A stretch of 64,000 nucleotides of DNA from Oopsacas minuta (GCA_024704765.1 JAKMXF010000299.1:124001-188000), one strand, 5' to 3'; shown: positions 11,195 to 29,931, counted from the stretch's first letter. Numbers and translations are program-made. Notes: generated from the sequence alone by a model not told the origin.

Positions 11195-11708
11195 TTGACT
11201 GCTGCTCCAGGATATATTTAATGTAACGTGGACATATGTCCAACAATGTTCCGTCTCCATCAATCTATCTATCAACTGATAAGCGAGAATTCACCATTTA
11301 ATATTTATATCGATTGCAAAGGAACACTTTTACTAGTTTATTTGATTGTAACCTCTATATTGAAATTTTATTCAGAAATGAGGACAAATGACAATATAAA
11401 CAGTTAATTTCCATCTTTTTACACTTTTTAATTATTCTATTTCCTAGAGTAACTAAACTATAGAAATATCAGATAATTACCCTCGCGATTTAACATTGTT
11501 CAATTTGTCAACTTTTATTATGTTCGACACTCGCTTGTTTGAAGCCAAATTGGCTTTGGCTGACGCCATACAAATGCTATTAGTAAGAGAATAGTAAGCA
11601 TAATACATTATTGTGGTCAGTAATTCTAGTACAAATTCTGTGAATTCTAAGTTGACATATTCGGTCCCTATTTATCTGTTATACAAGAAGAATCGCGAAA
11701 TTCTTCAC

Positions 11709-14700
11709 ATGAGCGGTGCTGACTACCTAATACAACTGGAAACTCTCCTAAACGAGTTCTTCTCTGCTGACAGTACAAATCAACGCAAGAATGAGATACA
11801 CCAAATGTTGGCTGCATTCAGTCAGCAACTCAATGCTTGGCACCTCTGTTCCTATTTCTTAGTACATACAGAGAATACACACGTAATGATGTTTGCTCTT
11901 AATGATTACGAGCGATTAGCTAACTCTATGTGGCCAGGTGAGTTGGCTTATTCTTAAAATGTTATAGTGGTGTTATATATTCTGAGTAGGTATACCTGTA
12001 CAAGGAAGGAAGGAATTGAGACAGGGATTATTGCAAACTCTTAAATCTAGACACAAACAGCTGCCTAGTTTTATCACAATAAAATGGTGTAGATTCTTTG
12101 TCCTGGTAGCTCGTACTGATTGGCCACAGGACTACACAGACTTCTTTGATCAGGTTTACGACCTGATACAATCTCATGAATACTCTCATATAGGTCTAAC
12201 TTTACTGTTAGTATCCTCAGAAGAGCTAGCTAACCCTAGGTATTATACCATGTTAATTATACACATACCATTAGTACTTAACTACTCCTTATAGATCTGA
12301 CGTCATCAATACACAGCGGAGAGCTGTGTTACGTACTCAGATGCTACAACAAGCTCCTAAATCTATCCGTCTCATATCTACACTCCTACAGGGTTACGCA
12401 AAGCAGACAGAGATGGAGCAAGCAGCTGGGTTAAACAAAAACTCATTCTCTACAAACAACAGAAGTACTGATGATATACACAAACAAATTATGACATCAC
12501 TGAACTGTTTTGCTCATTTCTTCACCTGGATACCTCTTAACCAGGCGCCTATATACGGAGATCTCCTTGAGACTTTGTTCTATTTCGCATCACTAAGTAT
12601 TGAGGGATCACGAGAAGCTTCTAACCAACATGAACAACAAGGTCTTGCGGCAATTCACACGCTGTATGAGCTAGTAGCATTGGGTGGAATTCCGCAGAAC
12701 TATGATGAGTTCTTAGCTCATATATTTACTCTAACCTGTAAATTAATGGTTAAGATTATTAACATGACAGGAGGGCTTAGTAAGCTTGATGATAAGTACC
12801 TTGAAAGGTGTGAAAATTATTCATATGTACCTAATTACTAGTCTACAACATTCTTTTGACTTATATTACTTAGGTTTTCAGAATATTTAAGGCTTTTCGT
12901 TAACAATCATCTGAAAAGAGTTTTGAATAATCCTCTATTCTTAGTATCAGATTTTCTCGATCTATTGCTCAAATACACATTCATACAGCCTCAGATGGAT
13001 TCATACTACCAAACATTCGAAATTTGGCACGTATTTTTCGATTTTATATCTCTACTCGAGACATCTCAAATTGAGAAGTATGCTGACCAAGATTCAGACA
13101 ATATTCTAAAGTAATACTTAGCATAATGTTTGTATGGAAATTCAGTATTTTATTTTGTTTATAGATATGAGGGTTTATTGAAATCTCTGTTGGAGAATGT
13201 TCTAACTAAAATGCAGTTCTCTTTGAATCAGGAAGAGTTACAGGATTTGGATGATGATTTTGGAGATAACGGCGACGTTACAGAATGGCAGACGTTTATA
13301 TTACAAAGTATTGAGGTTCTCGCGAAAATAACAGAGCTTATTCCTGAAGCTTGTTTCCAACTGATATGTCCACTCTTCACAACGTATTGCACGAATTTCG
13401 CGAAATTAAGCGAATATATTGAAGATATAGATGGAGTTAGGGTATTAGACTTTACAGAACATGAACATTGGCAAAGGTTGAATGCTCTTCTTAAAGATAT
13501 GAGATCTATCATACAAACATTAGGTAATTTATCCAATACGATTAGCTTATATTTTAATATTTACATTGTTGTTATAGGGAGATTAGCAGAGCATTTTTGT
13601 GATGGACTATTTGAGGTTCGTTTCCAAGATACTAGCTATTTAACTCAACAGCTGATTGGTATGATTAAATTCTGTTTAACAGAGAGAATACATGTTCTAG
13701 AATTTGAAACTCCCGAACTATTCTTACCTCAATTCATACAGATAGAAGCTGGAGTATTTAGTACTTTGAAAGCTTATATACCTTGGTTTTCTCAATATTA
13801 CGGCCATTTGAAGGGACAGCATTTAGATTTAGCTCCATTAGTTGAGAGCGTTGAAGATATTGTAGATGTGTGCTCTACTGTAATTCTACAAGATCATCCT
13901 CCCTTGGTACAGCAGTGTGCTACAGATCTATTATTATCCCTGGTCCATACTGTACGATTACCGTTTTTATTGTCAATGAAATCTTACCGGAATCTTGTCA
14001 TAGCTGGTTGTCAGAAAATAGTTCAGCTAGATCCAAAATCTAACCGTTTGTTTTATAAGATATTTATATGTGGGTATTTAATGCCATGGCCTGATTGCTC
14101 AGAAAAAGAACAACAGTGGGATCAGCGAAAAGATGAATTCAACAACTTTGCAACAGCATTTACCATGGATTATACCAATCTATCAACTAATATGGATCTT
14201 ATGAACAATAAGGAAATGCAAGTAAGTTATTCATCATAGCGTATTTGACTGTACATTTTATTTATTTTGGCTCTAGTTACAAGCTAAAGAAACTATTAAT
14301 CACACATTGAAAGTGCTTACAGAATGGTGCATTGAAATTCGTGAGCACAACAAACGTATACGTACAATACTCTACGATTCATTAGACCCATGCATAGACG
14401 CTGCAATGCATTTCTTCCCTATTTATATACACCAGCCAGATGTTCTGCAAGTTATCCTCAAATTTTTTTTAAGTCTAATTGATAGTTTAGCTGCACAAAT
14501 GGGCTCTCAGCGCTGTGAGAGGATTACACAATTTCTAATGACACTACTTACGAAGGAGCAAATAGAGAATAGTATAAGAGAGGAAAATAGCATAGGATCT
14601 CTTGTGATTGAGAGCTTTATCGATATTCTTATTTGTCTATCTAAATCACAGAATACGACAACTACAACGTTTCTACCACACATAATAACGTTTGTATTAG

Positions 14701-15317
14701 AACAGGTATATCCTCCCGTTACAAAACAAGGTACTACAAATATTAAAATGTCTCTATTCTCTCTGTTCAGTTCTATCTTACTGTATAATTGGAAATCTTT
14801 CTTTCCTTATAATATTCTACAAGTTAGTGATCCAGAATCAGAGATAATTCAGAATAAGGATCAATTTTCGGCTATAATGAATATTCTATGTGCATTCTTC
14901 ACTGAATCAGATGTTACTCTGTTTAGAGAGAACCTACTGGCATTGACAGAGGTACACAATAAAAATAAACTTTTTCATAAATATATTTTCTTACAGAATA
15001 TGCGAGACACATTTTGCAGTGTATTTTTACAAGTTTTAGTACAAAAGTCCCATGAATTGCTACATGATGAAATTACAAATCTTATGTATAACATGGCTTT
15101 TGCTGATTTTGATTCTTTTTTCGCTTCTTTCTTACCAAATTTCCTTGAAAATTGCGAAAACCTTACCTCACAACAGAAAACTGACCTTTTAAACAATTTC
15201 CAGACAGACCAAGATCTGCCAACTTTCACACAAAACTTGCGACAACTTTGCACTGACCTACGAATCTACTTAATTGTCAATTCAGCCACTACAAACAGTT
15301 CAGTGAATTTAACATAG
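11709..15317 (+). CDS. XPO6: Exportin-6, multi-exon (about 7 exons)
   Basis: N-terminus LETLLNEFFS..STNQRKNEI..ML..FSQQ..AW and VMMFAL..YE.L.N.MW; C-terminus DLPTFTQNLRQLCTDLR. Junctions restore ELANPR, YLRLFVNNHLKR and TLGRLAEHF. Confidence 0.92.
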
Positions 15318-15490
15318 AAGAATATTTCTAGCTCTCTCACTATATATTTTGTTGTTTGTTTGAAATATATATGAATATTTGCTGTTTTTATTTCTGATAA
15401 CTGTTTATACTATCAGAATTTATATCAAGTAAAGAAAGTTAATATTTATGTGTTATTTACTAAATACAACAAGAAGAATACACAAATGTT

Positions 15491-15796
15491 CTAGAATCTT
15501 CCTCTCGGGAAGACAGCTGTTAAACTCTCGCCTGTAACTCCAAACGATTCCCTCAGAGATTGGAATATAATATTCCAGCACACGAATACAATGGAAGAAG
15601 CAACCAAGCCAATACCACAGGCAAATAGCCATCTCTTTAGCATAGGATCTGGTGATGGATCTTTTGTAATAAGAGCAGGCTTTATGAACCATAACACGCC
15701 CACTAACCACATCAAAGGCATGCAGAAGCAACCTGCTATAAAGTATTTTTTAGCTATTTTAGCTTGCTCTTTTGGCTGTGCTTTAGAAAGATCCAT
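15491..15796 (-). CDS. PSENEN: Gamma-secretase subunit PEN-2
   Basis: 101 aa; MDL.K......KYFIAGC..MPLMWLV..LWF and a C-terminal G...PRG. Confidence 0.92.
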   Translation of the reverse strand: MDLSKAQPKEQAKIAKKYFIAGCFCMPLMWLVGVLWFIKPALITKDPSPDPMLKRWLFACGIGLVASSIVFVCWNIIFQSLRESFGVTGESLTAVFPRGRF

Positions 15797-15912
15797 CTCT
15801 ACACAGAAGTGCTATAATATTGCCTGATACACATAGCTGTAGTTATTATATTCAATTCATGGTTGAATTAGATCCTTACTATACCAGTATTCATCTCATT
15901 TAATTAGCTATA

Positions 15913-18769
15913 ATGTCAGGAGAATGTGTGAAGGTAATTGTACGCTGTCGACCTGTGAATGAGCGAGAAACAAACCTGAAATCTGCAGTGGTGATAGATA
16001 TAGCTCCAGACGGGGGTCAGGTACAGATTATGAAGCCGGCAAAGATTCGTAGCCCCGGGAATTCTGGTGAACCGAAATCTTTCAAATTCGACGCTGCATA
16101 CGCTATGGACTCACAGACTGAACTGATTTACGAAGAGATGGGATTACCTCTAGTCGCTAGCATTCTGGAGGGATATAACGGGACTGTATTTGCGTATGGA
16201 CAGACTGGATGTGGTAAATCTTACACAATGTCTGGACCAAGCGAGCCTGAAACACAAAAAGGTGAATAGTATAACTCAATTTATAATTACACATTATTAT
16301 TATTAACTTGTTTGTAGGAATAATACCTCGCGCTTTTCAACACATATTCGATGAGATTTCAGTATCTGAAGGGAGTCACTATTTGATACAAGCTACTTAC
16401 CTAGAGATTTATAACGAAGAAGTAAGAGACCTGCTAGGAATAGATGTAAAGGCTAAACTAGACTTGAAAGAACACACAAATAGAGGAGTATATGTACACG
16501 GATTATCAGCACATAGGGTTGCTAGTATACAGGTTGGTACCTTTGTCATTTAATCACATTATAAGCTGTAATTATGAGTGAATGATGACCCGTGAACATC
16601 GTTACGTCACGACTCGCCAATGTCTTGCATTGTACGTTAATGTAATCGTGCAAAGTAATCAATACAAGTCGATATAATTCATAATCTCAGTTAATTATGT
16701 TCTAATTATGAGCAGATATATTACGTCATTATAGGATTTGGAGAGGTTGATGGATCAAGGTGGTAAAAACCGCAGCGTGGGTGCTACTCTAATGAACCCA
16801 GATTCAAGTCGTTCCCATTCTATTTTCGCGGTTGTTGTCGAGATAGCAGACGATACTGGGGTTAGATCTGGTAAGTTAAATTTAGTAGATTTAGCTGGAT
16901 CAGAAAGACAATCAAAGACAGGATCTACAGGTGAGAGATTCCGCGAGGCTACGCGAATTAATCTCTCTCTATCCGCGCTTGGCAATGTTATATCTGCGCT
17001 TGTTGATGGGAAATCTAAACACATTCCCTACAGAGATAGTAAGCTAACTCGGTTACTACAGAGTAGTCTAGGTAAGTTAGATTACTATGTATACTATGTA
17101 TGGTATTAAACTGAATATATAGGAGGAAATACAAAGACCTTAATGGTAGCTTGCATAAGCCCAGCTGACAATAACTATGAAGAGACTTTGTCTACATTAA
17201 GATATGCTAATAGAGCTAAGAACATTAAGAACAAGCCTAAAATAAATGAGGATCCTAAAGATGCCCTTATAAGGCAATATCAAGAGGAGATTATGAGGCT
17301 CAAACAAATGATAGAGGGGGGAGGAGATATGGGAGTAGGTATACAGGAAGGTTTTGAGGATAGATTAGAGGAGGAGAGGGCTCGTTTGAAGAGAGAATAT
17401 GAAGAAGAGATGAATGCTTTGAATGATAAGTTTAAAGCAGAGCATGAAAGCTCTGAGAGACTCCAACAGGAACTTGATCAGCTGCAACACAATTATAATA
17501 CAGAATTGAGTAACCTTGCTAACAATGCTATTTATACTGTTAAGGGAGAGAATGCTGTGAGTCCGGTTAATAATGGTGAAGTAGATGTCAATACTGTCAT
17601 GTCACAACTGACAGAATTACAAAAACAAATGATAGGAGGAGAGAATAAGAAAGATGATACTCTCAAGAAACAGCTGACAGAGCGAAAGAGGAAAGCTAAG
17701 AAAAGAAGTGACAAAATGAGCATTGAAGCTACTGAGTATACTGATTGGGATTCTGAGCAAGTTATTGAAGGTAAATGCCAACTCCAGTTATATCGAAGCC
17801 TGAAATTGTACGAATATGCTCCCAAACATAAATTATCACAGTTCCTTGAGCTTCAATATAACGGGAGGTGACTGTATTAATCTCTAATTATCTTTATTTC
17901 TCACAGGAGTATTTCAGTCTGTGACAGATGAAGTATCACATCAAAGGAACAGGGTATCAAAACTTAAAACAAAGCTCAACACAGCTCACGAGGAGATCTC
18001 AGATCTACAGGAAGAATTTGAACAAGAGAGATCTGATTACTTAGAATCAGTACGAGACATGAGTTCACAACTCAGACTACAGAGGTTGATAATGGATAGA
18101 TTAGCATCTTGTATACGTAGAGATTGTAATTACTATAATGTAGATAATGTTCTAGCTAATTCTAGGTTTAACGAGGGCAAAGGTCAGTTGATTATAATCA
18201 GCTGTAAATATGTGAAGAATGTATACGTATTAATATAATGTTGTTTAGGTGACTGGGAGCTACCACCCCTCTTGTTAGAAAAGCTAATCCTCCCTAAGAC
18301 TAATGGCGTAGCAGATGAGTATAGTGAAATAATTCCAACAGCTTTTGATTCCCCTACAGATACTCATCTGCTAGACCAGCTCAATCGGAGTGAATCACCC
18401 ACAGAAAATTTCAAACCAAAGAGAGCGAATCAGCTTGTGATGGAAGCTACAAGTTATATTGAAAATTTTAAAGATTATAAATCCCTGAATGATCTACGTA
18501 TGCCAGGCTCACCTAAATTAATTGCTGGGTCGGCTGGCCTTCATGCATCGCGAAATAAATCTATTTCTGCTGCGAAAATTCACGGAATTGATGTACCGAT
18601 TGGTGAAGTTGTATATTCAAGAAAACCTTATAAATTAGAAGCATTACATTTACCAATATCTAACTCTGCTAACGACTTTTCAACCCTCTCCCATTCCCCA
18701 GACGATCTGATAGAGAATCTCCCGATAATCCAAAAGAAGTTCAATAAAAGTACTCTAAATCCTCTCTGA
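15913..18769 (+). CDS. KIF17: Kinesin-2 family motor, KIF17/OSM-3-like, multi-exon
   Basis: [22 protein letters not shown]-loop, [13 protein letters not shown], neck [28 protein letters not shown], and tail RRDCNY typical of KIF17. Confidence 0.9.
17775..17874. mobile_element. MITE family A copy in a KIF17 intron
   Basis: ATGCCAACTCCAGTTATATCGAAGC ... GCTTCAATATAACGGGAGGTGACTG|TA; same terminal inverted repeat (TIR) as the 25141 and 62896 copies. Confidence 0.75.
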
Positions 18770-18909
18770 ACTAGTTTACCATATTTGCAAACTCGTCACT
18801 TACTCCTGAGTTATTATATTAGCACTTTCTCCATTCCCTTAAACTTAAAAGATTTATGATATTCAATTCTTATTTCTTTATTTAGTTCGACAAAGAACCT
18901 CACTCTATA

Positions 18910-19099
18910 CAGTGAAACCTCGTTAATACGAGCAGTCGAGCACCAACTGACGGTCAAAATTTCTTCGCCTTATCCTGAGTTCGTATTAACCGGATTAATA
19001 CCAATTGGATATCCATTGTATGGAATTTATTTGCATAGATATGTGTCAGTCATATCAGTAAATTCGATTAACCGTGTTTGTATTAACGAAGTTCCACTG
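18910..19099. mobile_element. Tc1/mariner (pogo/Tigger-like) MITE, family C, 190 bp
   Basis: TA|CAGTGAAACCTCGTTAATAC ... GTATTAACGAAGTTCCACTG|TA: about 20-bp TIRs with a TA target-site duplication. Confidence 0.85.
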
Positions 19100-19226
19100 T
19101 ATCTAGAATTCTGTAGCATATTTAATCACCACCTTTGAGCAAACAATTTACTCAAACCTTGCTATACACTTTTGGTACACAAATTACAAATTCGTAAATA
19201 TTTTCCAATAGAAGGACATCTAGCCA

Positions 19227-21303
19227 ATGACAGATAACAAATTGAACATGAACAATCAAGATGTAATATCAAGTGTATTAGATGACACCGATGAAGTGAC
19301 GAATGATTTTGATGAAGATGTAACCGAGGATAATGCCGTATTGGAAATCAGCCCTGACAAAAGGTAGGTGCGATAATTTAATTATATATGTTGTGCAACT
19401 CATACAAGTAACACTTGATTAATTTGCTTATTTGATCAGTATATCAATTTGATTATTTGGCTATTCATTGATAGGTATTCTAAATAATTCTGCTTTTGCA
19501 AGCTAGATAATATGTTTATTGACTTAAACCACTGCTATAGTAAATTAATCTAAAATTAACATCTTAAAGTCCACAGATATGCACAATTGTTGAAACTAGA
19601 CTACTTGCCGATTTTAGAGACTGGCACAAATATTACTTGTTATTATAGCATTGAAATTAATCATGTGATAATTATTTGGCAATTCTAAGTTTGAAAAAAT
19701 GGGCTGAACAACATCGGGTACAGTTATAAATAGATTGTTGTCACAAGCGTATCTATAAAATACTCTAAAAATCTTTCATTCTTAATAAATTGGAATGTTA
19801 CAAGTTGAATTTTTTCCCATTACTCACCCCGTTAGGTGGCAGAAACACGCACAGATCGTTAATCAGAGTGACGTGCCAGGAATTGACTCCACCCATCTTG
19901 GCATGGACACACTAGAAGGTGTTGAAGTTGTATGGAATGAAGTCAACATTTCGCAGGGAAAATTCGCGAAACAAGAGAAAGAAAAGTTAATGTCAATGTT
20001 CCTAAGCCTCAAGAAAATCCAACACGTTAACGTAGTGAAGCTACATGACACTTGGCATGCAAAGGATAAGAACTGCTTAGTATTCATAACTGAGTATATG
20101 ACGTCAGGATCATTACGGCCATTCCTTGAGAGAGCCAAGAAGAACAAAACAAGCAATTACTTTAAAACATGGAAACACTGGTGTCGACAGATACTGTGGG
20201 CGTTATCATACTTCCATCAATGCGAGCCTCCAATAGTACATAACAATTTGACTTGCGATAATATTTACATACAACATAACGGTCTATTGAAAATAGGGTG
20301 TGTAGATCCAGATACTATTAGACTGAACGTTAAAACATTCAATCCTGATTATTCTAGTTTGCATTACGCAGCTCCTGAGTACACATCTACTGAACCAATG
20401 TCTCCACACGTAGGGGGGGATATATACGCATTTGGTATCTGCGCTTTGGAGATGATAAAACAGGGATTAGTATCTGATCAATCATCTGGTATTATAAGCG
20501 AGCAGCAGATAAGCGAGTTAATAGATTCTATTGATAATGAGCAACAGCGGGAGTTCATTCGTCGCTGTTGTGCTGAAGACCCAACTAAACGCCCCACATC
20601 CCAAGAGGCTCTCCTACACCCCGCACTATTTGAAGTACATCCTCTAAAACTATTCGCAGCTCACAAATACATAGAATATCTACGTGGTGATAAAGAAGGG
20701 TCTCTAAAGCAGGTTAACCAAATTAATCATCTAATCAAGAATTCTGATAAAGTATACGCAGTAGTTTACAACACAGATAACCAAATAAAGCGTAATTTTA
20801 AACTAGATGACATCATGAAGAATATAAATGTACAAATGGATATACACAAGTATCTTGAGGATATAAGGGAAGGTCATTATCCACTTATTTATCTAGAAAA
20901 TGTATTATTCAGATTGAAAGGGTTAACTCTTAAGAAAATGGTATCCAGTGTTGATATAGGTCCAGATCTTATGAATAATTTAGCTAAACAAACACAGAAA
21001 ACTATGTCAGACGAAGCACAAGAATCTGATTTAGAAACGAGACGAGCAGCTGACGTCACTTGCGAATTATTTATAAATTCAACTGATGTAAGATCAATTC
21101 TTATTGATATTAAATTCGAGAATATGCGTCGAGAGCTTTGTACACATCTTAAATCAGGAGATACTCACGATGGATTGGTTATTGACCTTGTAGAAAATGG
21201 GTTTATAAACACACTGGATTCTGAATTGCTATCAAAAGCTATTGAGAAATCTCTCAAGCTTACTCCAACCTTACAAAACGAACCCTTAATACATCGCCCT
21301 TAG
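19227..21303 (+). CDS. NRBP1: Nuclear receptor-binding protein (NRBP pseudokinase); exons 19227..19363 and 19836..21303
   Basis: Acidic N-terminus, VLEISPDKR|WQK...VPGIDSTHLGMDTLEGVEVVWNEV, FITEYMTSGSL, HNNLTCDNIYIQHNGLLKIG. Confidence 0.93.
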
Positions 21304-21489
21304 TTACTGGTTACTATGTATGTCTACATACTTATTTGAGTTGTTAATAATTCTAATAATACTTTTATACTAATATTAAATATTATATTGATTGTTCAAG
21401 TGCAAACTTTGTTGATTAAAAATGCTAACAAATGCTATGAGAGAATTCATTAATGATAATTTGGGTAATATGTAATAAGTGTGTATAAG

Positions 21490-22122
21490 ATGGCAGAAAT
21501 AGAAGTTCTAGAAAGTGGCTTTGAGAATTTGAGTGCGACAGAGTTGATGTCAAAGAAGAGCGGAATTGAAGGAGAAATTCACGAATTATTACAGGGTCTA
21601 GACGCTCAAGGGGGTGTCGGTATGAAAGGGAGTCTAATCGATTCAGAAAAGTTTCCTAGAAATGATATAGACTTATACGCAGTGAGGAGTGCCAGACAGA
21701 GAGTTATACGACTTAGAAATGACCATAAATCTGTAATGAAAGAGATAGAGAACAAACTACATGAACTACATGCTGAATCTAAGCTAAATAAACTATTACA
21801 GACAGACACACAAACTATCACTAGGGATACAGGGGGTAATAAGGAAATATTAGAGAAGACATTTGCTCGTATCTCAATGGTATCATATGGATCTCCAGCA
21901 GATAAAGCTGAATTAAAAAACGGAGATTTACTAATCGAGTTTGGTAGTGTGAATATCACTAATTTTAGTGGAATAGGTGATATAGGAAGAGTTGTACAGC
22001 ATTCTGAAGGAGCAAGAGTATCTGTACAGGTATTGAGAGGAGAGAAGAGGGTAGGATTGAGTCTAGAGCCCAAGCGATGGAGCGGGAGAGGACTACTAGG
22101 ATGCATGGTGAACCCTATTTAA
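21490..22122 (+). CDS. PSMD9: 26S proteasome assembly chaperone p27 (PSMD9/Nas2)
   Basis: GVGMKGSLIDSEKFPRNDIDLYAVRSARQ, PDZ-like GSPADKAEL, and PKRWSGRGLLGC. Confidence 0.95.
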   Translation: MAEIEVLESGFENLSATELMSKKSGIEGEIHELLQGLDAQGGVGMKGSLIDSEKFPRNDIDLYAVRSARQRVIRLRNDHKSVMKEIENKLHELHAESKLNKLLQTDTQTITRDTGGNKEILEKTFARISMVSYGSPADKAELKNGDLLIEFGSVNITNFSGIGDIGRVVQHSEGARVSVQVLRGEKRVGLSLEPKRWSGRGLLGCMVNPI

Positions 22123-23253
22123 TTATTTTATGTTGCATGTTTCATATATTATTAAACTGAATTTGTCCTAAACGTGATAGACATTTGAACAGACAGCAAT
22201 TAATATAAACACCTAAAAAGGAAATTAAAATCTAAATTACTTTTAGCTGACTGTTCACGGCTGATTGATTATTACCACACAATATTTTAATTATAACGCT
22301 ATTACGAGTAATATCGTAGTGGTTTCTTGTCACAGTGAATTTCATAGTGAGTTGTCAATCAAATCAAAGCTCTTAAATTAATTTCAATTTGACAGTCTAC
22401 ACTTATCTCTTAATTAAACTGTGTTATAATTGTATCTGTCAGGTAGACAGGTGATTTGAAAGTTTGATGATTTGTAGAATTTCTTTCAAATCAATAACCC
22501 AATTCCCACAATTATAAACCAGTTTATGAGATGTGTTATTACTTGCTTAGCATATCAGAGTCCGATATTTGAAAAATATACGATATGAATGCAAAAAATG
22601 TTTGTTATAATTTGATTTTAATAGACTTCATTTACACGTACATGAGAATAAATAATCATTCGTAAAGATGCGATAAGAGATGGGTTTTCTATTTGGTTTA
22701 AAGTTTAATCAATTGAACAGGGTTACAGTAAATTGGTGAAATATTTGCACCATTATCCAAGTTATCTTATCAGTTGCTTATTACCTCCCCCAGTTTATGC
22801 AAACCCGGTAAGAATATACATTTCTATCAAGGTTTAAACATTACAAAATAAATATTATTTATAAATAACTTGACCCAATGATATCTGATGTGTTATGCTG
22901 AGAATAGATGGATAAACAACTATATTTAGCTCTACTTATCATAATAACAATACAAGTATTCTCATCAAATTGTTAATCATAGTTATTTCTCAGAGGAAGT
23001 TCCTAAGTGGGTGTTAAATATTTTAAATAAACTAATCATAACTACTGGCCGCACGCCCAGAAAGTAGACAATATTTGTGAAAATTATTTAATTCATAAAA
23101 GTGATAGAAAATTAATTAAATAACATAATCGATATCTGTAAAAATAGCAAACCAAGTAATAATGTATTATGAGTAAACAGATATAATTTCCTAGCCATTG
23201 TATGAAATCTGCCAGTTTACTGATCGTTTGATCGAAAGACAGGAAGTTGTTAG

Positions 23254-23778
23254 TTACAGATACATCTCATCTGTATCTGCGAGTTGTTTCTTGAGCTTTG
23301 TACGTCTGTTCTGAAACCAAGTTTTTATTTGGGCCTCATTCAGACTAAGTTCTCTAGCAAGAGAGAGACGGTCAGCTAAACACAAATATTTGTGTGAAGA
23401 GAAGCAAGACTCCAGACGTTCAGTTTGATCCTGAGTAAACACAGTCCTAGTTTTACGTTTACGTCCTGTTACGTCATACATGGCCCCAGTTCTCATGTAA
23501 TAAGACATTGGATTCATCGTTATAGGCTGAGCATACACTAGATTGCCCTGCATGCCCAAAGGATTTGTGTAGATATAATTGCGCTTAATTGGCATCCGTA
23601 GATTATTGTTGTTGATGTTCTGATATATTTCATGAGAAGGAGAATCGTCATCAGAAAACCTAGGTCGTTTAGCAGGTTGACGGTCAAGTGGAGAACTACA
23701 ATTTGAATTGGGAGTTCTAGGACGATCGCTTAGCAAATTTTCTATCAAGAAAATACTAGATTTCCAACTGTTGGACAT
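23254..23778 (-). CDS. NK-like (Bar/Bsh-type) homeobox transcription factor with N-terminal EH1 motif, single exon
   Basis: Homeodomain RKRKTRTVFTQDQ...YL...DR..LA..L.L.E.QIKTWFQNRRTKLKKQ (KTW signature of the Bar/Bsh group); FLIENLL Groucho-binding EH1 motif just after the ATG at 23778. Confidence 0.85.
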   Translation of the reverse strand: MSNSWKSSIFLIENLLSDRPRTPNSNCSSPLDRQPAKRPRFSDDDSPSHEIYQNINNNNLRMPIKRNYIYTNPLGMQGNLVYAQPITMNPMSYYMRTGAMYDVTGRKRKTRTVFTQDQTERLESCFSSHKYLCLADRLSLARELSLNEAQIKTWFQNRRTKLKKQLADTDEMYL

Positions 23779-24493
23779 TATTGCAAGAAATATGTTGAGA
23801 TTTTGTATTGTAAATGCAAGTTGTAAGTTGAGATCTATTTCAAATGATAACTCCTTATATACAAAATCTGAGTCAGTAAAGATCTTATGTAAAGCCATGT
23901 CAATACTTCTGTGAAACGAAAACGTCACTTCACTGTTACATTTTTAATCATATTGATTACATTTGACAGTTTGTGAAGCTTGATAAAACTGTTAAAATTT
24001 TATTTTGAGTGACAGTATTGCTGTAGCCAAAATAATAAGTGTTTATTTGTATACAACAAGTAGGTGAAGTGTAGCTCTTCAAATGCTGTATATGCTAGCA
24101 AGTCATATTTTAATCAAACAGGTAATATTCAATTAAATAATTTAGCATGATGCCACCTAGAAGCCCTGCTTTATTGCTCATTGATTGGATAAATCCTTTC
24201 ATTTCCCTCTTCAGAGCGCTTAATGACACTAAATTGTCCGCGAAAAGCAACAAATACAATCACCATCATACAATTTAATACAAATTAAATTCAATATACG
24301 TATATTATAAGTGTTGAATACATATCTGTATAATATTAAGCTTATTATTATTATTATAAGCTCATTAATCTAATTCAAAACTATACAAATACACTCAAAA
24401 AGAAAATATCAACCATTAACTTACATTCTATTACATACTAATACACTCCACAATTTCGTTAGCTTTTCAAGGCTGTTTTGGTTTATTCCCATT

Positions 24494-29489
<4,996 letters not shown>

Positions 29490-29931
29490 TTATGTCCTGA
29501 ATAATCGTGAAATTGGTGTCTACTGTATTTGTTTTCTCTATATTAAAAGTCAGGTTCATATATCTACATCTGTATACAGCTAAAACACTATAGAATAACT
29601 TCTAATTTTGTGGGATTATTTTCAATATATTGTAAGACTAGGGGTATTTCTCTCTTGTAAATTCTAATGATGTTTACCCGTATGGGCTGAATACTGTGCA
29701 TACAGTACAATGGATTGGATTTGTAATATCTCGAGTCGAATCGCTTCAAATTCTTTGCAATATAAACGGCTTCATGGTCTCACATTAGGCGAAATCTATG
29801 ATAACCCTGAGCTAATCTACATCTTATATTTACTCTATATGGTTGCGAATTGTAAGAACATTTAATTCAACAAATAACTATTCGATTTTATATGTAAAAT
29901 AGCAAACTAATACTAAAATAGGAAATTTTAC

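Noticed and set aside
16580-16735. Intronic C/D snoRNA (ATGATGA box C in a KIF17 intron)
   Set aside because: No downstream CTGA box D or terminal stem was found.
19795-21303. Kinase lacking HRD/DFG motifs as a novel pseudokinase
   Set aside because: This is the normal state of the NRBP family.
23779-23928. N-terminal extension of the homeobox ORF from a GTG start
   Set aside because: Non-ATG start; the EH1 motif right after the ATG at 23778 marks the usual N-terminus.
22380-24020. Four TGACAG (TALE-class) sites flanking the homeobox gene
   Set aside because: Too few above chance to support without conservation or binding data.
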